This document shows positions 31,317 through 40,729 of a stretch of 64,000 bases of DNA, piece after piece; the first letter of the stretch is position 1; the number at the start of each line of letters is the position of its first letter. A program made the position numbers and the translations under genes. The DNA comes from a candidate division WWE3 bacterium. Lineage in GTDB: Bacteria > Patescibacteriota > WWE3 > 2-01-FULL-39-13. The notes beneath the pieces are model-generated. The model searched no databases, was not told the origin of the DNA, and saw only the letters and a program-made list of their open reading frames with translations. The stretch lies in NCBI GenBank assembly GCA_943354835.1, contig CALRDH010000002.1, positions 42,270 to 106,269 on the forward strand. Reading direction: 5' to 3'.

Positions 31317-32103
31317 AGACGACATACGAACACATATCTTGCGGAGCCTATTTTTTACCGATACGGCTATCGTTTCTGCTGGCATTGTTTTTATATCGGT
31401 TGGCATTTACCTTATTTTTGTCTACGGCTTTCATTTTTTCGATTGGGGGTATTATCTCTCAACACTCTTTGTTGCCATCATCTTTTTTATTGCATTTGTC
31501 AGTCAGAAAATCGACAACCAACCAATTTTTAAAATTGTCCCACGAGCAACTACTTTTTCGACATCTACAAAAGAACTGCGGGTAACAAATATAGATCCGT
31601 ACTTTACTGATTTTCATATTCAAGATGATCTGATTGTCCGCAAAGACAAACTTATTCGAGTCTATGAAATCGAGCCATTCGATATTGCGCTACTCAACGA
31701 ACAAGACCGTGAGCACTTTTTTATTAGACTAAAACAGGCTATTCATGTACTACCAGCGCAAACACAGTTTATTGTGCGAAAGGTACCAGCAAAAAGTAGT
31801 GACTACTCAAAGCACTTCTTTTCTCTCTATGATGATTCGTCTTCTGATCGAGAATCACTCGTGCATGAATATATTGAGAATCTAACCAAACTTGTTGATA
31901 CCAGTTCATTTTTTATTACCAAACACTTTGCAGTACTTTCAGTAAGCTGTACAACACACAAACCACAAGCAGTTGTTGAGGGGGTAAAAAAACTAAACGA
32001 TAGTAGCTCACGACTTACTGCATCTTTGGTAGTGTGCAATATTTCTACAAAACCCGTGATTAATGAAGAGTTGAAACAATTTGTTAGGAGTATTTTACGA
32101 TGA
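31294..32103 (+). CDS. PrgI/VirB3-like membrane protein with TraC N-terminal-like domain
   Basis: Two TMs then KIDNQP; overlaps VirB4 start. Confidence 0.55.
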   Translation: MRNIRIYKDDIRTHILRSLFFTDTAIVSAGIVFISVGIYLIFVYGFHFFDWGYYLSTLFVAIIFFIAFVSQKIDNQPIFKIVPRATTFSTSTKELRVTNIDPYFTDFHIQDDLIVRKDKLIRVYEIEPFDIALLNEQDREHFFIRLKQAIHVLPAQTQFIVRKVPAKSSDYSKHFFSLYDDSSSDRESLVHEYIENLTKLVDTSSFFITKHFAVLSVSCTTHKPQAVVEGVKKLNDSSSRLTASLVVCNISTKPVINEELKQFVRSILR

Positions 32104-34202
32104 TCAAACATTCTATAAAAACCAGCATGCGCACACTACTACAAAATATTCGGAACTTTAGTCTCACCTTTACACTAAAAGATCAAGTTGACTCTCTTAG
32201 CCACGAAAGAGATGTCTATACCGAAGAATTGATTGCTATAAAAAAAGAAACAGACCTACTTAAAACTCGAAATGAGGGTTTAAAGAAACTCGAAGAACAA
32301 GTATTGCAGTCTGCACAATCTACAACAGAAAAGGCACTCAAGGAAGAAATTAAACGACTTATGGAAGTGGTGTCATCTCAGGCTGAAACAATAGAAAAAC
32401 AGCCATTTTTAGGCCATACAGTAGCTAAGATTGCCAAGCCAACACAAGCAAAAAGCAGAACTCCACTTGGGTTTATAAAAAGCTACTTTGCCTTTAAAAA
32501 GGAGCTTAAAGCTTATGAGAAAAAAATCTTGCATGATGCAAAAGAGAAATTTCACTTAGTAGTTGAGAAACGAGATGAAACTATACACATTGATAGAGCA
32601 ACTGAAAGTTCATATAAAAGTGAATATATTGTTGAACACAGTAATTATCTTGATGTGAATGGCAAAGTTAAACGGTTATATTACCTTGCCGATATTCCAG
32701 CGTACCTCAGTCCCTATGTATTTTTCCGTCTTCTGACTTCTTCATTGCCATTTACACTCAGTATTTTTATTGAACCTGCCTCAAGTACTGAACTGCTCAA
32801 AAAGGCACGACAAAGATTGTCTGTTCTTGAAATGCAACAGAATGAAAGACTCAGATCTGGAAAAATACGAGACCAACAAATTGATAAAAATATTGATGAA
32901 GTCATGAGTTTTATAGATGAACTAGTGCACGAGGCAGAAAAAGGTATTGTCTATTCCCTCTATCTACAACTTGAAGCAGATACGCCAAAAGAACTAGAGG
33001 CACTACATAAAGAGCTTCAAAATATTGCGGGAAGCATGGATTTAACATTCAATCAATACACCTTTGGTCAAAAACAAGCGTTCAAAAACTTTTTACCATT
33101 TGCTCAAGATCATGTGCAGGAAAATAGAATTTTACAATCAACTGCAGTCTCATACTTAATGCCGTTTGTTTCAAAACATCTGAATGACCCTGACGGTATA
33201 TTTATGGGGCTGAATGCTTATAACGACTCGCTCATATTTATGGATCCGTTCACCTCAAGGAATAATAATATCAACATCTTTGGTGTATCTGGATCGGGGA
33301 AAAGTGTGACTTCAAAAGTATTGATGAACAGACTGTATATGAGAGGTGTCCAAATTTTAGCAATTGATCCAGAAGGCGAATATGTAAACCTTGCAAAATC
33401 GCTCGGTGGAGAGGTGATTCAGTTTTCCAGAGAAAATGGTATCAATCCTTTTCATATCAACAGCACCAGAGAAAACGATATTCTCGATCACATCTCGACA
33501 CTCAAAACATTCTTTAAGTTTTTTATTCCTCAAGATCACTACGATGGAGCTGTGCTTGATGAACATTTAATTACACTCTATGACTCTAGTACACCAAACT
33601 TTGAAAACTTACTAGAACTATTGGGCACACACCCTATGGCAAAAGATTTAAGCGTGTTGTCTACTGGAAGCTTGCGAGGAATATTTAATTCAAAGCGAAA
33701 ACTAGAACTAGATAATAATTTCATTGTTTTTGATCTGCATGACCTCAAAAAAGACGAGAAGCGTGAGCCTGCCATGTACCTTTTGACTTCACTTATCTGG
33801 AATCTGATCAATATACAAAATGGCAAAAAGCGCATGCTTTTTATTGATGAAGCCCACAAACTACTCGTTGATCCAGAGGTTGCAGTTTTCTATAGAGAAC
33901 TAGTCAAGCAAGCACGAAAAAGAAACACGGGAGTTGTCTCAATTACTCAGGATGTTGAGGACTTTTTACATAACGACTACGGCAAGGCGATTATCACAAA
34001 CTCTGAAACTAAGATTTTGCTAAAACAATCCTATGCTGCATTATCTGAAATAGGGACAATCTACCCTATGACTGATGAAGAAAAGCAACAACTCGGGCAT
34101 CTGGGCATTGGTGAAGTAATTCTTTTTAGAGAAGCAGAGCACCTACGACTCAATACGATTGTACTTCCATTTGAGAAACCACTTGTTTTTACCAGTGATT
34201 AA
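32100..34202 (+). CDS. virB4: VirB4-like ATPase
   Basis: NINIFGVSGSGKS, IDPEGEY, LFIDEAH, ARKRN...ITQ. Confidence 0.9.
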   Translation: MIKHSIKTSMRTLLQNIRNFSLTFTLKDQVDSLSHERDVYTEELIAIKKETDLLKTRNEGLKKLEEQVLQSAQSTTEKALKEEIKRLMEVVSSQAETIEKQPFLGHTVAKIAKPTQAKSRTPLGFIKSYFAFKKELKAYEKKILHDAKEKFHLVVEKRDETIHIDRATESSYKSEYIVEHSNYLDVNGKVKRLYYLADIPAYLSPYVFFRLLTSSLPFTLSIFIEPASSTELLKKARQRLSVLEMQQNERLRSGKIRDQQIDKNIDEVMSFIDELVHEAEKGIVYSLYLQLEADTPKELEALHKELQNIAGSMDLTFNQYTFGQKQAFKNFLPFAQDHVQENRILQSTAVSYLMPFVSKHLNDPDGIFMGLNAYNDSLIFMDPFTSRNNNINIFGVSGSGKSVTSKVLMNRLYMRGVQILAIDPEGEYVNLAKSLGGEVIQFSRENGINPFHINSTRENDILDHISTLKTFFKFFIPQDHYDGAVLDEHLITLYDSSTPNFENLLELLGTHPMAKDLSVLSTGSLRGIFNSKRKLELDNNFIVFDLHDLKKDEKREPAMYLLTSLIWNLINIQNGKKRMLFIDEAHKLLVDPEVAVFYRELVKQARKRNTGVVSITQDVEDFLHNDYGKAIITNSETKILLKQSYAALSEIGTIYPMTDEEKQQLGHLGIGEVILFREAEHLRLNTIVLPFEKPLVFTSD

Positions 34203-34208
34203 TACAGT

Positions 34209-34976
34209 ATGAAAGCACTCGGTTACGCACATGCTTTTAAAAAGCTCAAAGAAGACCCATTCGGAGTTGCTGTTGATGCTCTGATTACTGTTGTGGTGCA
34301 TATATTTTCGCCACTTCCTATACCCGGCGCACTTGTGGCGCAGTTTAAAGTTCCTATTCTTGGATTTTTAGCGTCTCTAGCTATTTTATTCTTCTTCATG
34401 ATTATGCTTGTTGGTACAGTTTTTATGTCGCCACTGATTGTCAGCTCTGGATACTGGACAGAATTTATTTCACATTTTCAGGATCAAGAGGGAGAATATC
34501 AATCTGATTCTGGATTTACTCAAACACAAATTCCAAAACAAAGCCCACTCGGAGGATCAGGGATGAATTTTGTCACAGTAACTGCTTATTTTTTAGATCC
34601 AAGTTATTATCTGCAATTTGGAAGAAATCATACAGGTATTGATCTTGTTCCATCAGATTCTTACTATCAAAATAGCCAAGCATACAAAGACACGGGTGAA
34701 GTAGTAACCTTTGCAACAATTAATGGAAATGTCCGCTACTACATTGACCAATATGGCGGGAATACCGTTGAAATCACTAGTGATAACGGCTCAATTCAAG
34801 TACTTTACATCCATTTTAGTAGAGTTTTGGTTCAATCTGGTAAGGTAACGGCGGGCACTCCGATTGGAATTATGGGAGATACGGGTAATGCGACAGGTGA
34901 ACATGTACACTATGAAGTACGCACTAAAAATGGTAATAACTGGCAGGCGGTAAATCCGTTAAACTATATAGAGTAA
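34209..34976 (+). CDS. Membrane-anchored M23 metallopeptidase (cell-wall hydrolase)
   Basis: HTGID, GNATGEHVHYEV, VNPLNY. Confidence 0.88.
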   Translation: MKALGYAHAFKKLKEDPFGVAVDALITVVVHIFSPLPIPGALVAQFKVPILGFLASLAILFFFMIMLVGTVFMSPLIVSSGYWTEFISHFQDQEGEYQSDSGFTQTQIPKQSPLGGSGMNFVTVTAYFLDPSYYLQFGRNHTGIDLVPSDSYYQNSQAYKDTGEVVTFATINGNVRYYIDQYGGNTVEITSDNGSIQVLYIHFSRVLVQSGKVTAGTPIGIMGDTGNATGEHVHYEVRTKNGNNWQAVNPLNYIE

Positions 34977-34977
34977 T

Positions 34978-35781
34978 ATGAAAAAAATAGAACTTAATCC
35001 ACTAGACTCAAATCAAAGAAGATTGCCACAACTTGGAGTTGTACTCGTACTTGGTATCTTTCTTGTGGGGTATTTTTTACTTCGAAAAAGTCCTACGCCA
35101 GAACCAACAACCAAAAACTATGCTGTGTATATCGAGGATTCGATTTTACATGCATTTGACGACACTATATCTATTGCAGAATATCCTAGTAGAGTCTCGG
35201 TACACTACCCATATGCGCTTGTAATTTTACCCAAAAAACAAAGCACTCAAATCTTCAACCTCAAAAATGCATCAAAAGAAAAATCTTTTAATGAAGCATT
35301 GCTAGATTATTCCGAAGGGAAAATCCTGAAAAATACTGGTAAAACAACATTTCTTGATGAACTAGACCTGCAAGTGCTGTGTGAAAAAGGGGTTATAAAA
35401 AGTGATATAGAAGTTTTGTGTCTAACTAAAGTAAATGCAAACACGGTAGAAAACAAACTTATCTCAATAACCATTCCAGATGCTAAACAAAAAGAAATCT
35501 ATGTTTCAAAAGATATCATAACCGACTTTTCAGTTGTAAACGACAAAATATATATCGGGGAAATAAATCTTCACAACAAGCAAAACTACTTAATTATTGA
35601 TGGTACAAAAGTAGAAGTTCCAAGTGTTGTTAGTTTCATCTATGAGCTAGGAGGAGAGCCGTACTATGCAACTCTGAAAGGTGCACTTAGTCAGGAAGAG
35701 AGCTGGTATAAGATTGAAAATAACACTGCAAATAAACTCGATGGTGAGAAAATTTTCCTTAGATATGCTCTAGAGAACTAA
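34978..35781 (+). CDS. Single-TM hypothetical protein of the transfer operon
   Basis: One TM, beta-rich soluble domain, 1-bp gap to M23 gene. Confidence 0.65.
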   Translation: MKKIELNPLDSNQRRLPQLGVVLVLGIFLVGYFLLRKSPTPEPTTKNYAVYIEDSILHAFDDTISIAEYPSRVSVHYPYALVILPKKQSTQIFNLKNASKEKSFNEALLDYSEGKILKNTGKTTFLDELDLQVLCEKGVIKSDIEVLCLTKVNANTVENKLISITIPDAKQKEIYVSKDIITDFSVVNDKIYIGEINLHNKQNYLIIDGTKVEVPSVVSFIYELGGEPYYATLKGALSQEESWYKIENNTANKLDGEKIFLRYALEN

Positions 35782-35846
35782 TTTGAGAGGTTTTTTATAC
35801 AAACTATCTCTAAAGGATGTATAATTGTAGTCAGAGGTAACTCTAT

Positions 35847-36059
35847 ATGGAATCAAAAAGTCAATTTGGGAAAATTCTCAAGTCTGCACGCCTTAAGTCA
35901 AAAATGACTCAAGCACAAGTTGCAGTAAAAGCAGACATAACAACAAATTACTATGCTCGTATCGAGCGGGGTGAAGTGAGTCCTACAGTTGAAGTTATTA
36001 ACTCAGTAGTGCAAGCTTTGGGAATAGAACTAAACTTCCCTCTTAAAAAGACTAAATAA
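35847..36059 (+). CDS. XRE-family HTH regulator
   Basis: LKSARLKSKMTQAQVA...YARIERGEVSP. Confidence 0.9.
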   Translation: MESKSQFGKILKSARLKSKMTQAQVAVKADITTNYYARIERGEVSPTVEVINSVVQALGIELNFPLKKTK

Positions 36060-36516
36060 ATTTTGAGTAATTCAAAAAATCTATCATTGATCTTGATTCT
36101 TTTGCATCATCAATTCTTCTCATGATTTCTAGACTATTTGTTTGAGATAAAATATTTAAGCTCCCCTCCCATAAGATTTTCTTATCGATAACTGATAGTT
36201 TTCTATGGTGAAAACCATTCAATAATACAAATTTAATACCCATATCCGAATACTTTAGAATTTCATCTGTTGCCTGATAACGATAGAACTCTGTCTCGTG
36301 CTCTGACGGTTCTCTCGTAATGATCTTAATTTTGATGTTTTTATGTAATAAACGTTGAAAGACTTGTTCAAATAATTCCATTCGAAGACTTGTAATGTAG
36401 GGACTTTCAATAATCACTTCACTTGAGCAAGATTCCAAGTCTTTCAAAAATTGCTTATAAAATGTCTTTTCATTAAATAAAACTGGTGCTTTAAAGAAGC
36501 TATGTTGGTTTATCAT
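36052..36516 (-). CDS. Phospholipase D-family nuclease-like protein
   Basis: IESPYIT and HRKLSVID...WEGSLN HKD motif; SD GAAAGGAGGT before ATG 36516. Confidence 0.85.
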   Translation of the reverse strand: MINQHSFFKAPVLFNEKTFYKQFLKDLESCSSEVIIESPYITSLRMELFEQVFQRLLHKNIKIKIITREPSEHETEFYRYQATDEILKYSDMGIKFVLLNGFHHRKLSVIDKKILWEGSLNILSQTNSLEIMRRIDDAKESRSMIDFLNYSKFI

Positions 36517-36665
36517 ATAGTTAGTTAATAACCTCCTTTCTCTTCGGGAATGGTAAAGATCGCGAAGGCAGGGCCTCAGGTTTATCATTTTGATCTGAAT
36601 TGATCGGGTAAAATAGCATTAGTTTCTGAATCCAGCTCAAAAGTGGTTCGAAGGAAAGTGCATTA

Positions 36666-36752
36666 GGGTCACCAAACGAGACATTATCATCTCCAAAGTG
36701 CGAAATGTATTGATATAAAGGGCTAATCTGCTGGTTCGAATAGCCTGGATAG
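36666..36752 (+). repeat. attR of ICE / left end of tandem mini-element; right copy of 87-bp repeat
   Basis: 86/87 identical to 8445-8531. Confidence 0.95.
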
Positions 36753-36754
36753 AA

Positions 36755-37930
36755 TTACGATATTTGTTTAAAAATTTTTTCAAGACTTTTCCATGACACA
36801 AGTGTATTGTTTTTTACTTTTTGGTTGTCTTCCCCACTATAAACAACATATCCTTCTGACTTGTCATCTACATTCTCTCTCCAATAATTTACTCCGTTGA
36901 AAAATTCGTTCCTAAAAGTACTCGATGACTTGATTTCAATTGGGATTGTACTATTGCCCGTGTCAATAATTAGGTCTATTTCATTCCCATGACTGTCACG
37001 AAAAAAGTAAATTGAAGCTGATTTTGATGAATTATTTATATATTTAACAAATTCACTAACCGCAAAATTTTCAAAAATATTGCCAATGGCGTAATGTGAT
37101 GACAACTCAGTGACCGAGGAGATATTTAGTAAATTGCATAGCAACCCCGAATCATAAAAATATATTTTTGCTGACTTAATAACTCTTTTACCGATATTTT
37201 TATAATATGGTTTGAGTCTAAATACAATATAACTTGCTTCAAGTATAGAAATCCAATCCTCTGCAGTATTTGGTGAGATCCCTACATCTGTTGCCAAAGA
37301 TGCAACATTTAACACCTGCCCAACTCTGCCTGATAGTAAAACTAATAAATTTCTAAATTTAGAAAGACTGCTTATGTTTTTAATTAATCTAGCATCTCTT
37401 TCGACATATGTCGCGGTATACTGGTTATAGTAGTCAGATGAAGTAACATCCCTTGTGTATAGTGCAGGATAAAATCCGAAAATAATTTGCTCAAATACAT
37501 TTCTAGTCAATAACCCATTGTTCTTGAGTTCAAGCAGACTGAATGGCAAAATTGTTTGATATGCAGCTCTTCCAGCTAATGATTGTGAGACTTGCTCTGA
37601 AATAAGCAAGTTTTGAGATCCACTGATAATTACACTCCCCATTTGATTTTCACTATCAACTAATACTTGAATATAAGAGAGTAACTCCGGTAATCTCTGA
37701 ATTTCATCAATTATTATCTTGCTTTTGTTTAACGCAAAGAATCCTTGTATATCAGCTTCAATTAGTCCTCTCGTTTGCGGGTTTTCAAGGTTGAAGTATT
37801 TGTAATTTTTAAAATGGTGTTGTAAAAATGTTGTTTTGCCAGATTGCCTTGGTCCAGTAACAGATATTACAGGAAATCCTTTTTGTAATTTCTTTATTTG
37901 ATTTTCTATTTGTCTTTGGTAGTATTCCAT
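36755..37930 (-). CDS. AAA_14 + DUF4143 ATP-binding protein
   Basis: GPRQSGKTT, IDEIQR, KIYFYDSGL, FENF, EIDLII...IEIK. Confidence 0.92.
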   Translation of the reverse strand: MEYYQRQIENQIKKLQKGFPVISVTGPRQSGKTTFLQHHFKNYKYFNLENPQTRGLIEADIQGFFALNKSKIIIDEIQRLPELLSYIQVLVDSENQMGSVIISGSQNLLISEQVSQSLAGRAAYQTILPFSLLELKNNGLLTRNVFEQIIFGFYPALYTRDVTSSDYYNQYTATYVERDARLIKNISSLSKFRNLLVLLSGRVGQVLNVASLATDVGISPNTAEDWISILEASYIVFRLKPYYKNIGKRVIKSAKIYFYDSGLLCNLLNISSVTELSSHYAIGNIFENFAVSEFVKYINNSSKSASIYFFRDSHGNEIDLIIDTGNSTIPIEIKSSSTFRNEFFNGVNYWRENVDDKSEGYVVYSGEDNQKVKNNTLVSWKSLEKIFKQIS

Positions 37931-38184
37931 GTGTTAAATCCTACACCAGTCTGTGTAACTATGCAATTCGATTGCAATATTGCACACGTAGTCCGGCTAT
38001 GGATATTAGTTTGTGTGCACATTGGTGTTTTAAAATAACTCAAAAGTTTTATGCATAAACCTTAGCTTCATCAAAGTTTTTTAAAAGTTGCAAACTAGAC
38101 ACATTATGGTCACCAATAGGTTTTCACTAATTGCATAATCGTCTTTTTAATGCTATAAATTGGCTCATAGCATTTGTAGGATCT

Positions 38185-38640
38185 ATGAAATTAAAAAAAT
38201 ATGGCTTTCGTATAGATAATATACAAACTGCACTTGTCCCCTATATTTTGTTGCTGGTACTCCTGACACCACTCCTTTTAATTTTTAAGTTTTGGGAAGA
38301 TTCTCTTCTCAGTTTATATCGATCAATGTATCCAGTTTTTTATGTATCAATCATTGGAAGCATATTACAGGAAATTGTTTTTAGAGGGTGGTTAGTGTAT
38401 AAACTAAAGGAAATATTTGATTGTCCGCTTACAGTAATATTGATCAGTGCGTCTCTATTTGCTGTAATGCACTTTTTTATTCCCTTTCAATATATTTTTG
38501 TCACAGTTTCTTTTATCATTGGAGTTGGTTTTGCAACAGTCTATTACTACAATCCCAATATTTATTTAGCCTCTTTAGTCCATATCATTATAAATCTTAT
38601 AGTGCCAATAGGATGCTACTTTAGATTTTTGAATTGTTAA
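38185..38640 (+). CDS. CPBP/CAAX-family intramembrane protease
   Basis: QEIVFRG, LFAVMH, HIIIN motifs. Confidence 0.8.
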   Translation: MKLKKYGFRIDNIQTALVPYILLLVLLTPLLLIFKFWEDSLLSLYRSMYPVFYVSIIGSILQEIVFRGWLVYKLKEIFDCPLTVILISASLFAVMHFFIPFQYIFVTVSFIIGVGFATVYYYNPNIYLASLVHIIINLIVPIGCYFRFLNC

Positions 38641-38884
38641 ACCGATTAGTGATTTTTTCGATAGCTATTAATTTCAGTTGTGTAAAATGTGTTCTCGGCC
38701 AAATAGTCTAGTAAATTGCTAGTTCTTTCGATTGAGTCATCGTTTAGTTTAGTACAAAGTGTAGCGATGTTTAATCGATTATTTCATCGTCAGGCATTTT
38801 GCAACTCGAGTTGCACCCATCACCATACTTTTATAAAGTTGACTGTGCATAAAGTATTGACTTTTGTAAAGTCTGGCTTAAAAC

Positions 38885-39169
38885 ATGCATATGATTACAG
38901 ATAATCTAAATATTCGCAGTGACGCAGGTGCAATGTTCGAAAACTTCGTGGTTGCAGAAATCAAAAAGGAAATATCATATCTTGGTTTAGACTACAAATT
39001 GAAATATTGGAGATTAAAATCTGGATCAGAGATTGATTTGGTCATAAGTAACAAAGATGAATTTATCGGATGTGAAATAAGGCTAACTGATGGAAAAATA
39101 TCACAAGCTTTCAAAAACAGATATCCTGAAGCAAAAACGCATCTTATCAATTCAGATAATTTTATCTAG
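38885..39169 (+). pseudogene. C-terminal DUF4143 fragment of an AAA ATPase
   Basis: GAMFENFV, YWRLKSGSEIDLV; no ATPase domain. Confidence 0.75.
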
Positions 39170-39443
39170 GTACCGATTCATTTCAATACTAAACTAAACT
39201 CTACCTCGAAATACGTTAAATACATTTGCTAAATGCTATGTGACTAATTATTTTGCATGGGTATTACCTGCCTGCTGTTGTGTTTTTTCGTAGTTTAAGT
39301 TAGAATTTCGCCATCACGATCATCAAGTTAAGTAGCCTAAGGTTTCGACCGACCGCTGATCTTGGTCTTTCCTATTTCCACGATATATTTATTGAACTTT
39401 CGTAACAAACTAGAATATTTGATCCAACTGATATAATCCAAGT

Positions 39444-39629
39444 ATGGACACATCAAAAATAATTAACCCTGAGGCCAAAAGATTTATTAATGCTTTTTTT
39501 GCGAATAGAGCAATTAACCGCGAGTATTATGAACTTGTGCTAGAAGAACAATATGATTATAGAATGGTCGATACAGCCGAGCGAAAATCTGATTCACCGG
39601 AAGAAAGTTTGGCACATCAAGCGATTTGA
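39444..39629 (+). pseudogene. Truncated DinB-like protein
   Basis: EEQYDYR...SPEESLAH, then early stop. Confidence 0.5.
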
Positions 39630-39718
39630 TAGCCTTAAAATGATGTGGGGATAAATTAAATTAGACTCCGTACCTTCTCCCCCGTTGAAGTAGTCTGTAA
39701 GTTCTGTATTATTGATTT

Positions 39719-40138
39719 ATGGCAAAAAGTGAAATGAGTTATAACGATTGGATTATTAGAAATTCATCAGTAATATTTTTGATCGAAGTTGTAATTTATG
39801 GAGTAAGTCTGCTTTTGATTTCTATGCAGGCAGTAAGTGGCTCCGCGTATATGAGTAAAGACGTCCTCGACAGTTATTTGTCTTTTTATCAAATCGTTTC
39901 TATTCCTTTAGTTATTGTTTTTTCTTTCGTTCACTATTTGCGTATAAAAAGCCTTAGAGAAAAGGGAAAATCTTTCTTCTACCTTTCCAAACAAACAATC
40001 CAAATATTATGGTTAGCACTAGCCTTTCTATTTATGTATTTTGCAGGAAGATCATTTTTGATCGCAATAACTGGACTTGGATTTGATATGTGCAACTATA
40101 GTTGGAGTTACTGTATAAGACAAAACTTGTCGAGTTAA
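39719..40138 (+). CDS. Three-TM membrane protein
   Basis: Hydrophobic segments; C-terminal Cys pair. Confidence 0.6.
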   Translation: MAKSEMSYNDWIIRNSSVIFLIEVVIYGVSLLLISMQAVSGSAYMSKDVLDSYLSFYQIVSIPLVIVFSFVHYLRIKSLREKGKSFFYLSKQTIQILWLALAFLFMYFAGRSFLIAITGLGFDMCNYSWSYCIRQNLSS

Positions 40139-40227
40139 AACTAGTTCCCCATTTAGACTTTTTACTTTTTTTCCTAAATAAACAACTCGGATTACAACAT
40201 ATTTTATAGATATGGCATAATAAACGC

Positions 40228-40689
40228 ATGAATAAATTTTATACACTTTTAGTATTAGCAGTTTTTTTATTAGTGCTAGTATTTAAAACCAATTCCGTTT
40301 TTGCGACTGGCATGGTAACTGGCACAGGATCAATTTCTGGAACAGTATATTTAGATTCTAAGTGCGATGGGTATGATCTATCTGACACATCTTTAGCTGG
40401 TGTGAAAGTTACACTAGTTTCAAAGACACCAAAGATAAATCAAAAGGTCAAGTCTGATCTGCAGGGTAATTTCATATTTTTAGATTTGCCTTATTCTAGG
40501 TATTTACTTTCAGTTGATCCAGATAAAGGGTATATGCCTAAAAGGTTGATTTCTACCTATGAAATTGGTGAGGCTAATGGGGCTGTAAGTGGGATGTTTG
40601 TTTTTTGTGAAAAAAATAATAGAATGAATGCTATTCCCAACATCAACGTTGTTACTTCTCCTTTTTCCCAAATGAGAATGTTTGAATAA
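40228..40689 (+). CDS. Secreted SdrD-B/Cna-B-like domain protein
   Basis: Signal peptide; GSISGTVYLD...LAGVKVTL...GNFIF. Confidence 0.7.
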   Translation: MNKFYTLLVLAVFLLVLVFKTNSVFATGMVTGTGSISGTVYLDSKCDGYDLSDTSLAGVKVTLVSKTPKINQKVKSDLQGNFIFLDLPYSRYLLSVDPDKGYMPKRLISTYEIGEANGAVSGMFVFCEKNNRMNAIPNINVVTSPFSQMRMFE

Positions 40690-40729
40690 TCGGGAACTGC
40701 AATAAGAATTGCCCCTAAGAATGCCAATG

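Larger units (their letters stand above)
8445..36674. mobile_element. ICE-like integrative (putatively conjugative) element in tRNA-Glu, ~28.2 kb
   Basis: tRNA 3' end GGGTCACCA repeated at 36666-36674; serine recombinase, VirD4-, VirB4- and VirB6-like genes and Replic_Relax inside. Confidence 0.88.
36666..38116. mobile_element. Putative non-autonomous mini integrative element (~1.45 kb)
   Basis: Starts with int-derived att arm; ends at CATTATGGTCACCAA (14/15 match to 36661-36675); one cargo gene. Confidence 0.6.

Noticed and set aside
36517-36588. Upstream extension of the PLD ORF
   Set aside because: Strong SD supports ATG 36516; the upstream region is better explained as the alternative integrase tail
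37988-38000. GTAGTCCGGCTAT as an oriT mimic in the mini-element
   Set aside because: Only a short gapped similarity to CTAGCCGACTAG; similar words occur in coding DNA (e.g. near 7330)
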